Positions 39,936-49,519 are shown, counted from the stretch's first letter. The stretch: 64,000 nucleotides of DNA from Candidatus Woesebacteria bacterium (GCA_016700095.1 CP065002.1:996145-1060144), one strand, 5' to 3'. The notes: generated by a model from the letters alone, not told the origin. A program made the numbers and translations.

Positions 39936-42368
39936 ATGGAATTTGTCAGATGGCATTACAGTAAGGGAATTAGTCATTACCTAAAAAGCTGGGAAAATAT
40001 ATTTGAGTCCACGCTCAAATACTTTTCCTTTCCTATTCTTTTTAGAACACTCTTCTCACCATGGAAGAGACTCGGCAAAACGCAAAAAAGTTCTGGGTTC
40101 AATTGGGACAAATTCAAAGATGATTTAAGCTTCAATTTTGCTTCCCGAGTCGTAGGTTTTCTTACTCGCACATCACTTATTGTGACTGCTGTAATTGTAC
40201 TGATGTTTTTAATGACTTTCGGGGTATTTGGTCTACTTATGTGGATAATGTTTCCGATAGCAAGTTATTCTAAATATAAAAGTGTACAAAAAAGACCTGA
40301 GTATTTCGTAGCGGACATCGTCGACAAAGCCTTCAAATCCGATAATCCGACAAAAAATATTTTCGACAATCAAGCCGGAAAATTTGTTTTAGATCATTTG
40401 GGATTGGATATCGAAACCGTACTGACAAGCTCGTCATCACACATTGCTCTTGATTATTCAAATAAGTACGTAGGATATGCACAACTACTTGCTCATTTAA
40501 TCCAGGGTGGGTTATTTTCTCAAAATTTCTGGCGCGACAATGATATACACTCCGATGACATGTTGCTTGCCGCAGAGATTTGGGATACACGTAGACTAAT
40601 TGAATCCGGTGACAATTCCAATTCAACTACCTACATAAAAGGCATCGGTGCTAATTTATTGTTTGGTTATACTCCCGTCATTGACCAGATAGGAAGCGAT
40701 TTAATATATGAAAGAAGTAAAGCTCCCATGCTTCGAGGTAGAGATGATGTTATGGCGCGAATAGATCGCATCCTTTCCTCAAAATCTAGCATGTTACTTG
40801 TGGGAATGCCGGGAGTTGGGAAAAAAACTTTATTACTTGAACTTGCAAAAAAACTCGACAAGCAGTATCAACGTTTGGTCGAGGTAAGCATTGTGAAACT
40901 TACTCAAGGAATTGCCGACAACAATGATAAAAAAGTAGCAATCCAAAATATGTTATCCGAGGGAGCCAGTGCGGGAAATGTTGTAATCGTACTAAAAAAC
41001 TTGGAACGCATAACGAATTTGGAATTTGAAGGAGTCGATTATACCGATGTTTTCGAAGAGTATTTATCCAAAAAAAATATTGTGTTAATTGCCATATCTA
41101 CACCTGAGGAATACGAGAAATATTTATCAAGGAATTATCGACTTATGAATTATTTTGAGAAAGTTGACCTGGAACCCTTAAGCCCGGAATTTGCAACCCA
41201 GGTACTTATTGATCGGGCTGCGGAATTAGAAAGCACTCAAGGTGTTACGATTCCGATTCCCGTATTGAGGAAAATGGTAATAACAGCCGATAATTTTTCC
41301 AGCTATTCTCCGTTCCCACAAAAAGCTCTGGAATTATTAGAAGCAAGTGTTTTGTACACTAAACAAAACAATTCAAAAATTGTCACGAGCGAAGATGTTA
41401 TCACGGTTACATCTGAAAAAACCGGCATACCAACCATCGCATTAACCTCTCAACATAAACATAAATTGGCAAACATGGAAAGCCATTTGAAAGAAAAATT
41501 AATAGGTCAGGACAGTGCAATTAGAATGATTTCCCAAAGTCTTAGATCACGCGCCATGGATGTCTCAACCGGCAACAAACCAATCGGAACCTTTTTGTTT
41601 CTTGGTCCAACAGGTGTGGGAAAAACAGAAACCGCAAAAGTTTTATCGAATGTCTACTACGGTCACGATGACATTATGCGTTTTGATATGGGGGAATATA
41701 TCGGCATGGAAGGACTTATTAAATTAATCGGTTCATTGCAGATGAATCAACCCGGAATATTAACGACTGCAATTAGAAACAAACCCGCGGGAATGATTTT
41801 ATTTGATGAATTGGAAAAAGCCTCAAAAGAAGTATTCAATGTTCTTCTTCCGCTCATAGATGAAGGGTACATCGTAGATGCTTTTGGAAGAAAAGTAGAT
41901 TGTCGCAATACCTTTGTCATTTCAACATCAAATGCCGGATCGGATTTGATAAACCAACTTATTGCACAAGGTACAACCGGTGATGAATTAAACGAACAGG
42001 TATTAGATTATATAATCAGAGAAAGAATTTTTTCACCCGAATTCATTAACCGCTTCGATGGCGTCGTTGTCTACCAACCTTTGACGTACGAAGAATTAAC
42101 CAAAGTAGCAAGTATAAAGTTAAATATTTTAAAAAGTCGCATGGCTGAGAAAAACATTTTTGTCGAGCTTCACGAAAGTCTACCGCAAAAAGTGGCTATC
42201 GACGGATACCATCCAACTTACGGAGCAAGGCCGATGAACAGAGTGGTAAATATGACAATCGCTGATTTGATTTCCCAGGCGATGCTGTCTGAACAAGTTA
42301 AGCCAGGTGATAGAGTAATTTTACTTCCGGGAAACGAGAAACTAGAATACAGACTGCAAAAGATTTAA
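39936..42368 (+). CDS. Membrane-anchored double-AAA+ ClpA/ClpB-family ATPase (copy 2, divergent paralog of 16841..19324)
   Basis: Same N-terminal LFSPWKRL motif and 2 TM helices. AAA-1 Walker A is GMPGVGKKT, AAA-2 Walker A is GPTGVGKTE. ClpB D2-small-like tail. Confidence 0.7.
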   Translation: MEFVRWHYSKGISHYLKSWENIFESTLKYFSFPILFRTLFSPWKRLGKTQKSSGFNWDKFKDDLSFNFASRVVGFLTRTSLIVTAVIVLMFLMTFGVFGLLMWIMFPIASYSKYKSVQKRPEYFVADIVDKAFKSDNPTKNIFDNQAGKFVLDHLGLDIETVLTSSSSHIALDYSNKYVGYAQLLAHLIQGGLFSQNFWRDNDIHSDDMLLAAEIWDTRRLIESGDNSNSTTYIKGIGANLLFGYTPVIDQIGSDLIYERSKAPMLRGRDDVMARIDRILSSKSSMLLVGMPGVGKKTLLLELAKKLDKQYQRLVEVSIVKLTQGIADNNDKKVAIQNMLSEGASAGNVVIVLKNLERITNLEFEGVDYTDVFEEYLSKKNIVLIAISTPEEYEKYLSRNYRLMNYFEKVDLEPLSPEFATQVLIDRAAELESTQGVTIPIPVLRKMVITADNFSSYSPFPQKALELLEASVLYTKQNNSKIVTSEDVITVTSEKTGIPTIALTSQHKHKLANMESHLKEKLIGQDSAIRMISQSLRSRAMDVSTGNKPIGTFLFLGPTGVGKTETAKVLSNVYYGHDDIMRFDMGEYIGMEGLIKLIGSLQMNQPGILTTAIRNKPAGMILFDELEKASKEVFNVLLPLIDEGYIVDAFGRKVDCRNTFVISTSNAGSDLINQLIAQGTTGDELNEQVLDYIIRERIFSPEFINRFDGVVVYQPLTYEELTKVASIKLNILKSRMAEKNIFVELHESLPQKVAIDGYHPTYGARPMNRVVNMTIADLISQAMLSEQVKPGDRVILLPGNEKLEYRLQKI

Positions 42369-42580
42369 CGGTTACCTATTTTATGAGGACAATTAGTACA
42401 TTTTCTTGCTTCAATCTCCAGATTTAACATTCGTGTGAAAACAAGTTGTCTACCCAGCGGTCCCAAGAGGTTGGTCAAAATATTTTCTTCAGGTTTGGCT
42501 AATGCATTTTTATGATCAAGCATTTGCTGCCAAGCACAGCCACCTCCTATGAAAGACTTACATTTATACTCTTTTCCCAT
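42365..42580 (-). CDS. Small Cys-containing protein (possible zinc ribbon)
   Basis: 71 aa. Cys at 6, 15, 61 and 64 (C..C...CTNC). Confidence 0.2.
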   Translation of the reverse strand: MGKEYKCKSFIGGGCAWQQMLDHKNALAKPEENILTNLLGPLGRQLVFTRMLNLEIEARKCTNCPHKIGNR

Positions 42581-42637
42581 AATAAATAATCCGCAATAAT
42601 ATTGGAGAATTAATTATAGGGTATTATATCATTTATT

Positions 42638-42832
42638 CTAATTCTTATTCAAACCTTCAGGCTTTGTTACTACTATCTTGCTTGTAATATCCGTATCATA
42701 TCGAATAATTGTAGACTCGCCTACTCCGGGGCCTGTTACGACAATATTTCCACTACTTCCTTTTCTTTGTTTACTTTCTGCCAACTTTAACGCGGCGTTC
42801 AGTCTATCTTTATATGGGCGATCAGGAGTCAT
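42638..42832 (-). CDS. Small hypothetical protein
   Basis: 64 aa ORF immediately 3' of serS on the same strand. No motif. Confidence 0.2.
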   Translation of the reverse strand: MTPDRPYKDRLNAALKLAESKQRKGSSGNIVVTGPGVGESTIIRYDTDITSKIVVTKPEGLNKN

Positions 42833-42833
42833 G

Positions 42834-44066
42834 TCATTTAATCCTCTCCTTCCCCATCCATTTCTGAAGCGCTTTGGGGATTAGAACGCTTCCGTCCTTT
42901 TGCTGATTGTTTTCAATTATTGCAATTGGCGTACGCGAGGTTGCAATTGCTGTGCCATTTAACATATGTACATATTCATTTTTGCCTCCCTTTGCCTGAT
43001 ATTTAATATTTAAATTTCTTGCCTGATAATCGGTACAGTTTGATGTGGAGGTTACTTCGCCATAATCGTTTCTTCCCGGCATCCAGGCTTCTATATCATA
43101 TTTCCTGGCAGCCATAGCCCCCAGATCTCCAGTGCATTGTTTCAAAACTCGATATGGCAAACCCAATTCTTGGTAGATTGCTTCTTCCATAGCCAATAAG
43201 TAATCGTGCATCTTATTTGACTCTTTAGGTTCACAGTAAATAAACATCTCAGCTTTTGTAAATTGATGTACCCGATACATTCCTCTCGAATACTTGCCAT
43301 ACGCTCCTGCCTCTTGCCTGAAACAATGCGAATAACCGATATATTTGATCGGTAATTTGTTTGCGGGAATAATTTCGTCTGCATGTTTACCTGCCAATGT
43401 AACCTCAGCAGTTGCAATAAGACCCAAGTCTTCTCCTTCAATCATATAAGTTTGAGCTTCATCGCCACGCGGAGCGTATCCAGTTCCTAAATAAAATCTT
43501 GATTTAGCCAAATCCGGAGTAATAACAGGAGTAAACCCTTCTTTTCTTAATTTCTCGAAAACGTATTGTACGAGCGCCAATTCGAGCATTGCACCATCAC
43601 CATAAAGATAATAAAACTGAGATCCTGCAACTTTTGCGCCATCCTCGAGACTGAGTATCCCGAGTTTTTCACCCAACTCTAAATGATCTTTAGGTTCAAA
43701 ATCAAATTTTGGAATTTCTCCCCATTTTTTAATTACTTCATTTTCCTCCTCACCCTTACCCACCTTTACATCACTGGAAGCGGGATTGGGTATCAGATTA
43801 AGTGCATCATTAAACTCCCTTTCGGCCCTTTCAAGATCCGGTTCGATTAGTTTTAATTTTTCTTTAATTTCTTTGCCTTTTTTAATATTTTTCTCTTTGG
43901 CAATTTTATTCCTATCGGCACGAAGAACTTCAATTTCCTTAAGTATATTTCTACGCTTTTCATCCAGGGCTAAAACTTTGTCAACCAAGGACGCATCCAT
44001 CTGCTTATCAGCAGTACCTTTTTTAACTAAGTCTTTATTTTCTCTAATAAATTTAATATCTAGCAT
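42834..44066 (-). CDS. serS: Seryl-tRNA synthetase
   Basis: N-terminal coiled-coil arm and class II motifs (FRQEAG, GYSHCFRQE, GLPYRVL). 410 aa. Confidence 0.85.
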   Translation of the reverse strand: MLDIKFIRENKDLVKKGTADKQMDASLVDKVLALDEKRRNILKEIEVLRADRNKIAKEKNIKKGKEIKEKLKLIEPDLERAEREFNDALNLIPNPASSDVKVGKGEEENEVIKKWGEIPKFDFEPKDHLELGEKLGILSLEDGAKVAGSQFYYLYGDGAMLELALVQYVFEKLRKEGFTPVITPDLAKSRFYLGTGYAPRGDEAQTYMIEGEDLGLIATAEVTLAGKHADEIIPANKLPIKYIGYSHCFRQEAGAYGKYSRGMYRVHQFTKAEMFIYCEPKESNKMHDYLLAMEEAIYQELGLPYRVLKQCTGDLGAMAARKYDIEAWMPGRNDYGEVTSTSNCTDYQARNLNIKYQAKGGKNEYVHMLNGTAIATSRTPIAIIENNQQKDGSVLIPKALQKWMGKERIK

Positions 44067-44090
44067 ATTTTATTTTCGCTTATTATAACA

Positions 44091-44732
44091 TCACAAAGCA
44101 TGTGAACTTAAATCGGAACGCAGTTTGGTCAAATGCTCAGTGTCGTTTAACTTGACGAGTTTTAGTTCTTTACTGCCATTTACTCCAACGATATCAAATT
44201 CGGTCACAGCAGCAGGATCAAGTTTAAATTTCCATAAATCGTCAATTGGCCTTTTTTCGGCCATACATACCATGACACGCACAATGTTATCGTGAGTAAT
44301 TAGCAAAGAATTTCCCTGCCACGTTTTACCCATAATATAATTTCTCACTCTACCTGCTGTTTCAACAAACTTCTCACCAAAGGGAAAAACAGCTTTTGAT
44401 GGCATATTTTGCCATAAATCAAATACCTCGGGATAATTGTTTTTGATCCATTTAATGTTTTTTCCCTCCCATTCGCCGTGATTGGTTTCGATTATTGCGT
44501 GTTCATAGACAACTTCAACGCCGATTTTTTGGGAAACGATTCGTGCGGTTTCCATGGTTCGTTTTAATGGACTGGATATTATTTGGTCTATATCCCGTGT
44601 CAAACTTTCCGCAAGTGCTTTTGCTTGTTTTTTGCCAAGCGGAGAAAGCCCAGTGTTATAAGTCTGGCCTTGATAAATCCCTTTTGTGTTTGCAATACTT
44701 TCAGCGTGTCTTGCCACTAATATTTTTGCCAT
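44091..44732 (-). CDS. Histidine phosphatase family protein (phosphoglycerate-mutase-like)
   Basis: RHAES motif at the N-terminus (LVARHAESIAN) and a downstream His (ITHDNIVR). Confidence 0.65.
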   Translation of the reverse strand: MAKILVARHAESIANTKGIYQGQTYNTGLSPLGKKQAKALAESLTRDIDQIISSPLKRTMETARIVSQKIGVEVVYEHAIIETNHGEWEGKNIKWIKNNYPEVFDLWQNMPSKAVFPFGEKFVETAGRVRNYIMGKTWQGNSLLITHDNIVRVMVCMAEKRPIDDLWKFKLDPAAVTEFDIVGVNGSKELKLVKLNDTEHLTKLRSDLSSHAL

Positions 44733-44803
44733 ATTTTTAATGATTAATTCCTGTATACCTTTACGTAAGAGTGTTTTGTTATTTCACACTTTTTGGTTCA
44801 GAA

Positions 44804-44836
44804 ATAAAAAAACACCTTCCAATCAGGTAAGGTGTT
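44804..44836 (-). terminator. Intrinsic terminator of the candidate sRNA
   Basis: Minus-strand 5'-AACACCTT-ACCTGATTGG-AAGGTGTT-TTTTTAT: an 8-bp stem followed by a U-tract. Confidence 0.6.
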
Positions 44837-44996
44837 GTGCCCCCGTATGATGGGGAGGTGCCAGCTCAACTTTGCTTGAAAAGTTAATTTCAAGTCTACT
44901 TTATTAACGCTGTTACGGGCTAACCCGTGTCGGTTATTACCCCGACAAGCTCCGTTGGTGGAATCCGACAGTATCGGGCCAACATCAATGCTATTA
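44806..44996 (-). ncRNA. Candidate stand-alone small RNA (~190 nt), family unknown
   Basis: Bounded by a consensus sigma70-type promoter (TTGACA-17-TAAAAT) and a canonical intrinsic terminator. It contains several local hairpins (GTCGG-GGTAATAA-CCGAC; ACGGG-TTAG-CCCGT; CCCC-ATCATAC-GGGG), is GC-richer than its flanks, and has no ORF. Confidence 0.4.
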
Positions 44997-45003
44997 TGTG
45001 AGT

Positions 45004-45032
45004 ATTTTATGTAAGATTGACTGTTGTGTCAA
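45004..45032 (-). promoter_or_regulatory. Consensus sigma70-like promoter driving the candidate sRNA
   Basis: Minus strand: TTGACA (plus-strand 45027..45032), a 17-nt spacer, then TAAAAT (45004..45009). Confidence 0.5.
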
Positions 45033-45138
45033 ACAGTGAAATTTTACATAATAACTTTTCTTTGTTATAAATATATAATGACAATTTTGTTGCCTTTAAA
45101 TACTTGTCTAATCTTTCGTATATGATTTCATTCACTCT

Positions 45139-45348
45139 ATGAGGGAACGAAAAGAAGAACCAATGCAAACTGAGTTTTACGCCGTGTGTCCTGGAAAAAA
45201 TGGGTTGAATTCCCATATAGTTCCGATAACAAACGGTGCTCAGCAAGGTGACAAAGTGTCATGTCTCACACATGGAACAACATTAACTGTTGAAGCAAAT
45301 GAAGATTGGGGTAGATTGTCAGTAGAAGTTACAGTAATACCTGTTTAA
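45139..45348 (+). CDS. Small hypothetical protein
   Basis: 69 aa (or 61 aa from the internal Met), beta-rich composition. Sits alone in a 750-bp low-density region. Confidence 0.25.
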   Translation: MRERKEEPMQTEFYAVCPGKNGLNSHIVPITNGAQQGDKVSCLTHGTTLTVEANEDWGRLSVEVTVIPV

Positions 45349-45487
45349 CCATAAATAACCATAAACTTTTTTTCTTTACCTATGGTTTTTGTCCCCATAC
45401 CTTATATAACAAACTAAACTCGCGGTTTACAAATATCCACAGACTTCTATGTAGAATCTTGATCATATGAGAATAAAAACTAACCCA

Positions 45488-46054
45488 TCACAGGCCCAAA
45501 TCTTCATGGATATTTTGCATTGAAGTTAATGCGATCTCGATAAATTCCTCCAGTGCAATACCGAGTCTTTCCTCACACATTTTTATCTGCTGTCTATCAA
45601 CTCCGGCTGCAAATGCTTTTTGTTTCCATTTACTTTGAATTGACCCAACAGTGACGGCTGATAGTTTCTTCTCGGGTTTAACCAGAGCAACCGCAACGAT
45701 TAACCCGGTAAGTTCATCACATGTATACAAACTCCATGCCATACGTGTACTTGGTTGAGGAGCACCGTCTACATAATTCCATGCATGCTCAGCGACTGCC
45801 GATTTAACATCCGAGTGAGCTTCCAGTTCATCAAGCCATTTCAGAGCTCTTATTGTATGTTCTTTTTTTGCAGTTTCTTTTGTTTCTTCATAATCAACAT
45901 CGTGAATCAGTCCCGCCAAACCCCATATATCCTCATCTTCACCAAATCTTTTAGCAAGAGAACGCATGACGGCTTCCACAGCATAGCAATGTCTACGCAA
46001 GTTAATGTTTGTAATATGCTTATGAAGTAAATTTATTGCTTGATCTCTCGTCAT
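45488..46054 (-). CDS. HD-domain phosphohydrolase
   Basis: H...HD motif (RRHCYAVEAVMR...AGLIHDVDYE). Start overlaps the lysS stop. Confidence 0.65.
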   Translation of the reverse strand: MTRDQAINLLHKHITNINLRRHCYAVEAVMRSLAKRFGEDEDIWGLAGLIHDVDYEETKETAKKEHTIRALKWLDELEAHSDVKSAVAEHAWNYVDGAPQPSTRMAWSLYTCDELTGLIVAVALVKPEKKLSAVTVGSIQSKWKQKAFAAGVDRQQIKMCEERLGIALEEFIEIALTSMQNIHEDLGL

Positions 46055-47559
46055 TTCTCTTGTTTTTTTACTTTCTTAATGCTTTCGGGTTTGAGCAAAG
46101 GAAAAAGAACTGCTTCACGGACAGGTAAATCGGCTAGAAATGAAAACAATCTCTCACTAACACCAAAACCGGTAACAGGAGGCATACCAAATTCGAGTGC
46201 TTGCACGAAATCATAATCATGCATCTGCGCTTCTTTGTCGCCTTCATCGCGCATGCCTTGCTGCGCCTTAAATCTTTCTTGTTGGTCAACCGGATCGTTT
46301 AACTCACTATAGCCATTCCCCATCTCACTTCCAGCTAATATTATCTGATACCTTTGGGTAAATTCAGGTCGATCTTCCAATCGCTTTGATAAGGGCGACA
46401 CTAAAACCGGATGCCCAACGAGAAAAACAGGACCGCCAATTTCTTTTCTTACCTGTTTCCACAATAAATCAATTAATCTCCCCTGTGTATCACTTTTTTC
46501 AAATCTAATCTTTAATTCGTTAAGCTTGTTTTTGAGATCATCTATGCTTGCCACCGATACATCAATCCCCATCTTTGCCTTGATTGAATCTACATAATCG
46601 ATTTTTTCCCATTTGGTATCCAAATTAATCGAAAATCCATTTATTTTAAATTTAAGACTACCAAAAACTTTTTGCGCAACGTACTTATACATTTCTTCGA
46701 CAAGTTGCATCGAATCAACATAACTGGCATAAGCCCAGTAAAATTCCATTTGCGTATAATCCTGAAGATGCTCACGGCTTAATCCTTCGTTTCTAAATTG
46801 TCTACCTATCTCGAATGTTTTTTCAAAGCCGGCGACCATCAATCTTTTTTGCCACAGTTCTCCCATAGAAATCCTTAAATAAAGATTGATATCAAAAGCG
46901 GCATGGTGGGTTACAAACGGATTAGCATCGGCACCGCCTGCGGTATTTTCCAAAACCGGAGTCTCGACCTCAAGAAAACCTTTATCGATCATGAAGTTTC
47001 TGATACTCTGCCAAAACATGGCTTTTTTTCTAAACAGATCCTTCAGGTCGTCGTTAACCAATAAATCGATATATCTTTGCCTATATCGCAATTCTTCATC
47101 TTTGATGCCGTGCCATTTTTCGGGAAGAGGCCGTACTGATTTGGTCAATATTTTTATTTCGCTAGGTATTAGCGATATTTCACCGCGGACTGTTTTCCCG
47201 ACCACACCATTAACCTCCAAAAAGTCTCCGACATCAGTCAACTTTATAAAATCGGTAAAACCTAAGTTTTGTTTTTCACGAGATGTTTCATGTAATGTCT
47301 TTTTTTGTACAAATACTTGCAATTTTCCCGTTTCATCCTGAATATGACCAAAGGCAATATTTCCATGCTCACGCAATCCAACCAATCGCCCCGCAAGCGA
47401 AATTTCTTTGCCTTCAAACTTCGAGTAGTTATTTAATATATAAGAATTCGAAAAATCTTTCTTAGCGCTTGCCGGATAAGGATCAATGCCCATCTCACGC
47501 AATTTAGCTACTTTTGCAAGTTTTATTGATCTAATTTCTTCTAATCTACTATTTTTCAT
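46051..47559 (-). CDS. lysS: Lysyl-tRNA synthetase, class II
   Basis: OB-fold anticodon-binding N-terminus and class II motifs (FRNEG, GGADANPF, GFGVSERLFSFL). 502 aa. Confidence 0.85.
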   Translation of the reverse strand: MKNSRLEEIRSIKLAKVAKLREMGIDPYPASAKKDFSNSYILNNYSKFEGKEISLAGRLVGLREHGNIAFGHIQDETGKLQVFVQKKTLHETSREKQNLGFTDFIKLTDVGDFLEVNGVVGKTVRGEISLIPSEIKILTKSVRPLPEKWHGIKDEELRYRQRYIDLLVNDDLKDLFRKKAMFWQSIRNFMIDKGFLEVETPVLENTAGGADANPFVTHHAAFDINLYLRISMGELWQKRLMVAGFEKTFEIGRQFRNEGLSREHLQDYTQMEFYWAYASYVDSMQLVEEMYKYVAQKVFGSLKFKINGFSINLDTKWEKIDYVDSIKAKMGIDVSVASIDDLKNKLNELKIRFEKSDTQGRLIDLLWKQVRKEIGGPVFLVGHPVLVSPLSKRLEDRPEFTQRYQIILAGSEMGNGYSELNDPVDQQERFKAQQGMRDEGDKEAQMHDYDFVQALEFGMPPVTGFGVSERLFSFLADLPVREAVLFPLLKPESIKKVKKQEK

Positions 47560-47591
47560 TTATTATTTAGGATGCTTCTAGTTTAACAAAC

Positions 47592-48647
47592 TTATGTGTT
47601 TATGGAAACATAAGCATTATACAATTCACCCAGTTGAATTAGTTTACTTATCTCTACTGATTCGCTTGTTGTATGCGCATCTTTGCTTCCATCGCCAATA
47701 TTAATTACTTTTATACCATTTTTAATAAAGGCGTTAGCATCACTACCACCAAACGAATTTTTGTATTTCGGTTTTATTCCCAGTTTAGCAAATGCTTTTT
47801 TTACATCTCCCAAACACCTATCGTTTTTGGCTAAACGATACCCTTCACTATATGGTTTTTCCTCATATATTAATTTGACACCACTGCTTACTTGTGCTTC
47901 GAAAACATTGCGGGTTTTTACCAATGTCTCGTTAAATGTCGCGAATGAAAAGCTTCGTATTTCACCTTCAATACTAATACTTCCGGGTATAGTATTTGTT
48001 GCGGTTCCTCCTTTTATTAGTCCGATATTACACGTAGTTAATTTGTCGACTCTTCCAATGGTCATTAACGACAAAGCATCAATAGTCGGAATAAGCACAT
48101 TTCTTCCTTTCTCTGGAATAGATGAATGTGCCAGTTTTCCGACAAACTCCATTTTTAAATCAGTAATCCAAGGTGAGGCAGTAATTATAGTACCCAATTC
48201 GGAAGAGCTGTCGGCAACAATTCCGCTTGTAGCGTGTAATTGACGAAAATCAAACTTACTTATTCCACTATCCGTTTCTTCCCTGACACTAAAAACCAAC
48301 TCAAGTGGTCGATGGTTGAGCTGCAAATTATCAAGGGTCTCTAAAATCGCTGCGATACACACTTTGTTATCCGCACCCAATATCGTTTTTCCACCACTTG
48401 TAATAATGCCGTTATTAACTACCGGTTTAATACCGCGTCCGGGTTCCACCGTATCCATATGACATGAAAGCACCACCGGTTTACGACCTTCACCGATTTT
48501 TGCAAACACATTACCCTCCTCATCAACCCTGAAATTCACATCGAGTTTGGTTAATCTGTTGGTAATATATTTTCGTATTTCCTCTTCGTGACCCGACGGG
48601 CTATCAATCCGTACCAAGTCGCAAAAAGTATCAATAATTTTATTCAT
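47592..48647 (-). CDS. M20/M42 family metallopeptidase (peptidase T / aminopeptidase-like)
   Basis: HMDTV metal-binding motif, GADNK, and downstream E/H ligands. 351 aa. Confidence 0.6.
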   Translation of the reverse strand: MNKIIDTFCDLVRIDSPSGHEEEIRKYITNRLTKLDVNFRVDEEGNVFAKIGEGRKPVVLSCHMDTVEPGRGIKPVVNNGIITSGGKTILGADNKVCIAAILETLDNLQLNHRPLELVFSVREETDSGISKFDFRQLHATSGIVADSSSELGTIITASPWITDLKMEFVGKLAHSSIPEKGRNVLIPTIDALSLMTIGRVDKLTTCNIGLIKGGTATNTIPGSISIEGEIRSFSFATFNETLVKTRNVFEAQVSSGVKLIYEEKPYSEGYRLAKNDRCLGDVKKAFAKLGIKPKYKNSFGGSDANAFIKNGIKVINIGDGSKDAHTTSESVEISKLIQLGELYNAYVSINT

Positions 48648-48648
48648 A

Positions 48649-49497
48649 TTAGTTTATTAAATTTCCAAAGAATTCCCCGATTTTTCCAAAAGCATCTAGT
48701 GAGATACTGCTTTCTCCCGGTTCGATAGGCACTCTCCCTTGTGACGCATGCAATTGGCGACACCTTTCCTCAAAACACTCTGCTTTGATGGTATTGGTAG
48801 CAATTAAGGTACATGGTATTCTTCTTGGACCCTGACTCCGATCTAAAACATGCTCTAAGCCTTCTTTATCCGACTGGTTATGCCTTCTTCGATAGCCGCA
48901 TGTTAAACCCACTCTTTCCGAACAATTAATACATGAACAGGTCAAATAAGACAAATAGGGATGTGTGGAAAAATTAAGTGGTTCCATTTCGGCTCCTTTG
49001 TTAAATGCCCATGCAGTCACAGCTTGTTTTATTGTCGCTATTCCCAACATTTCTCCCCACATTTGACCAGCTTTTTGTTTAATTTGTTTTCCACCCAGTG
49101 ATCCTATACTGCAACCCCGGTAATTTGGGTGTGTTATAGCAGATCCAAACTCGACAACTTGCATGCCAATTTCAGCAACTCCCCGAGTATTTAATGCCGG
49201 ATACATCGTTCCATGATATAGAACTGTCCACTCGCCACTGGCACCAGGATGATCTTTCGTTATCATCATGACCGTTTCTCCTGCTTTGAATTGATCCAAT
49301 AACGCTTCAGGCGACTTTGGCAGCATTTCACCGGGGTTAACATTGTTATAACCGACAATCATGTCGGATACTTGCGCAGTCATTGCCATTAAAGCATCGT
49401 GTGGTATGCGATGCATCGTCAAATCACCTGATCCGGTAATTGTGGTTGCACTGGTTACTACATTTTGTAACTCGGTGTTTCGTACTAATATTTCCAT
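48649..49497 (-). CDS. GNAT-like acetyltransferase-fold protein with a Cys-rich C-terminal extension
   Basis: HPNYRGCSIGSLGG resembles the GNAT motif-A pyrophosphate-binding loop. The C-terminus has about 9 Cys (CSCINC...CGY...C...C..C). Local GC is visibly higher than the window average. Only 1 nt separates it from the M20 peptidase gene. Confidence 0.4.
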   Translation of the reverse strand: MEILVRNTELQNVVTSATTITGSGDLTMHRIPHDALMAMTAQVSDMIVGYNNVNPGEMLPKSPEALLDQFKAGETVMMITKDHPGASGEWTVLYHGTMYPALNTRGVAEIGMQVVEFGSAITHPNYRGCSIGSLGGKQIKQKAGQMWGEMLGIATIKQAVTAWAFNKGAEMEPLNFSTHPYLSYLTCSCINCSERVGLTCGYRRRHNQSDKEGLEHVLDRSQGPRRIPCTLIATNTIKAECFEERCRQLHASQGRVPIEPGESSISLDAFGKIGEFFGNLIN

Positions 49498-49519
49498 GAT
49501 AGTAAAAGGTTTTAACCAT

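Noticed and set aside
44806-44996. Assignment of the candidate sRNA to SRP RNA, tmRNA, RNase P RNA, 5S or 6S
   Set aside because: It lacks the GGAAG/AGCAGC helix-8 motifs of SRP RNA, a tRNA-like 3' end and tag ORF, RNase P P4 sequences, and 5S loop motifs. For 6S I could not demonstrate pairing of the two ends. It is left unclassified.
45007-45246. 79-aa minus-strand ORF overlapping the sRNA promoter and the small plus-strand ORF
   Set aside because: It would begin inside the promoter/leader of the candidate sRNA. It has a low-complexity sequence, so it is probably spurious.
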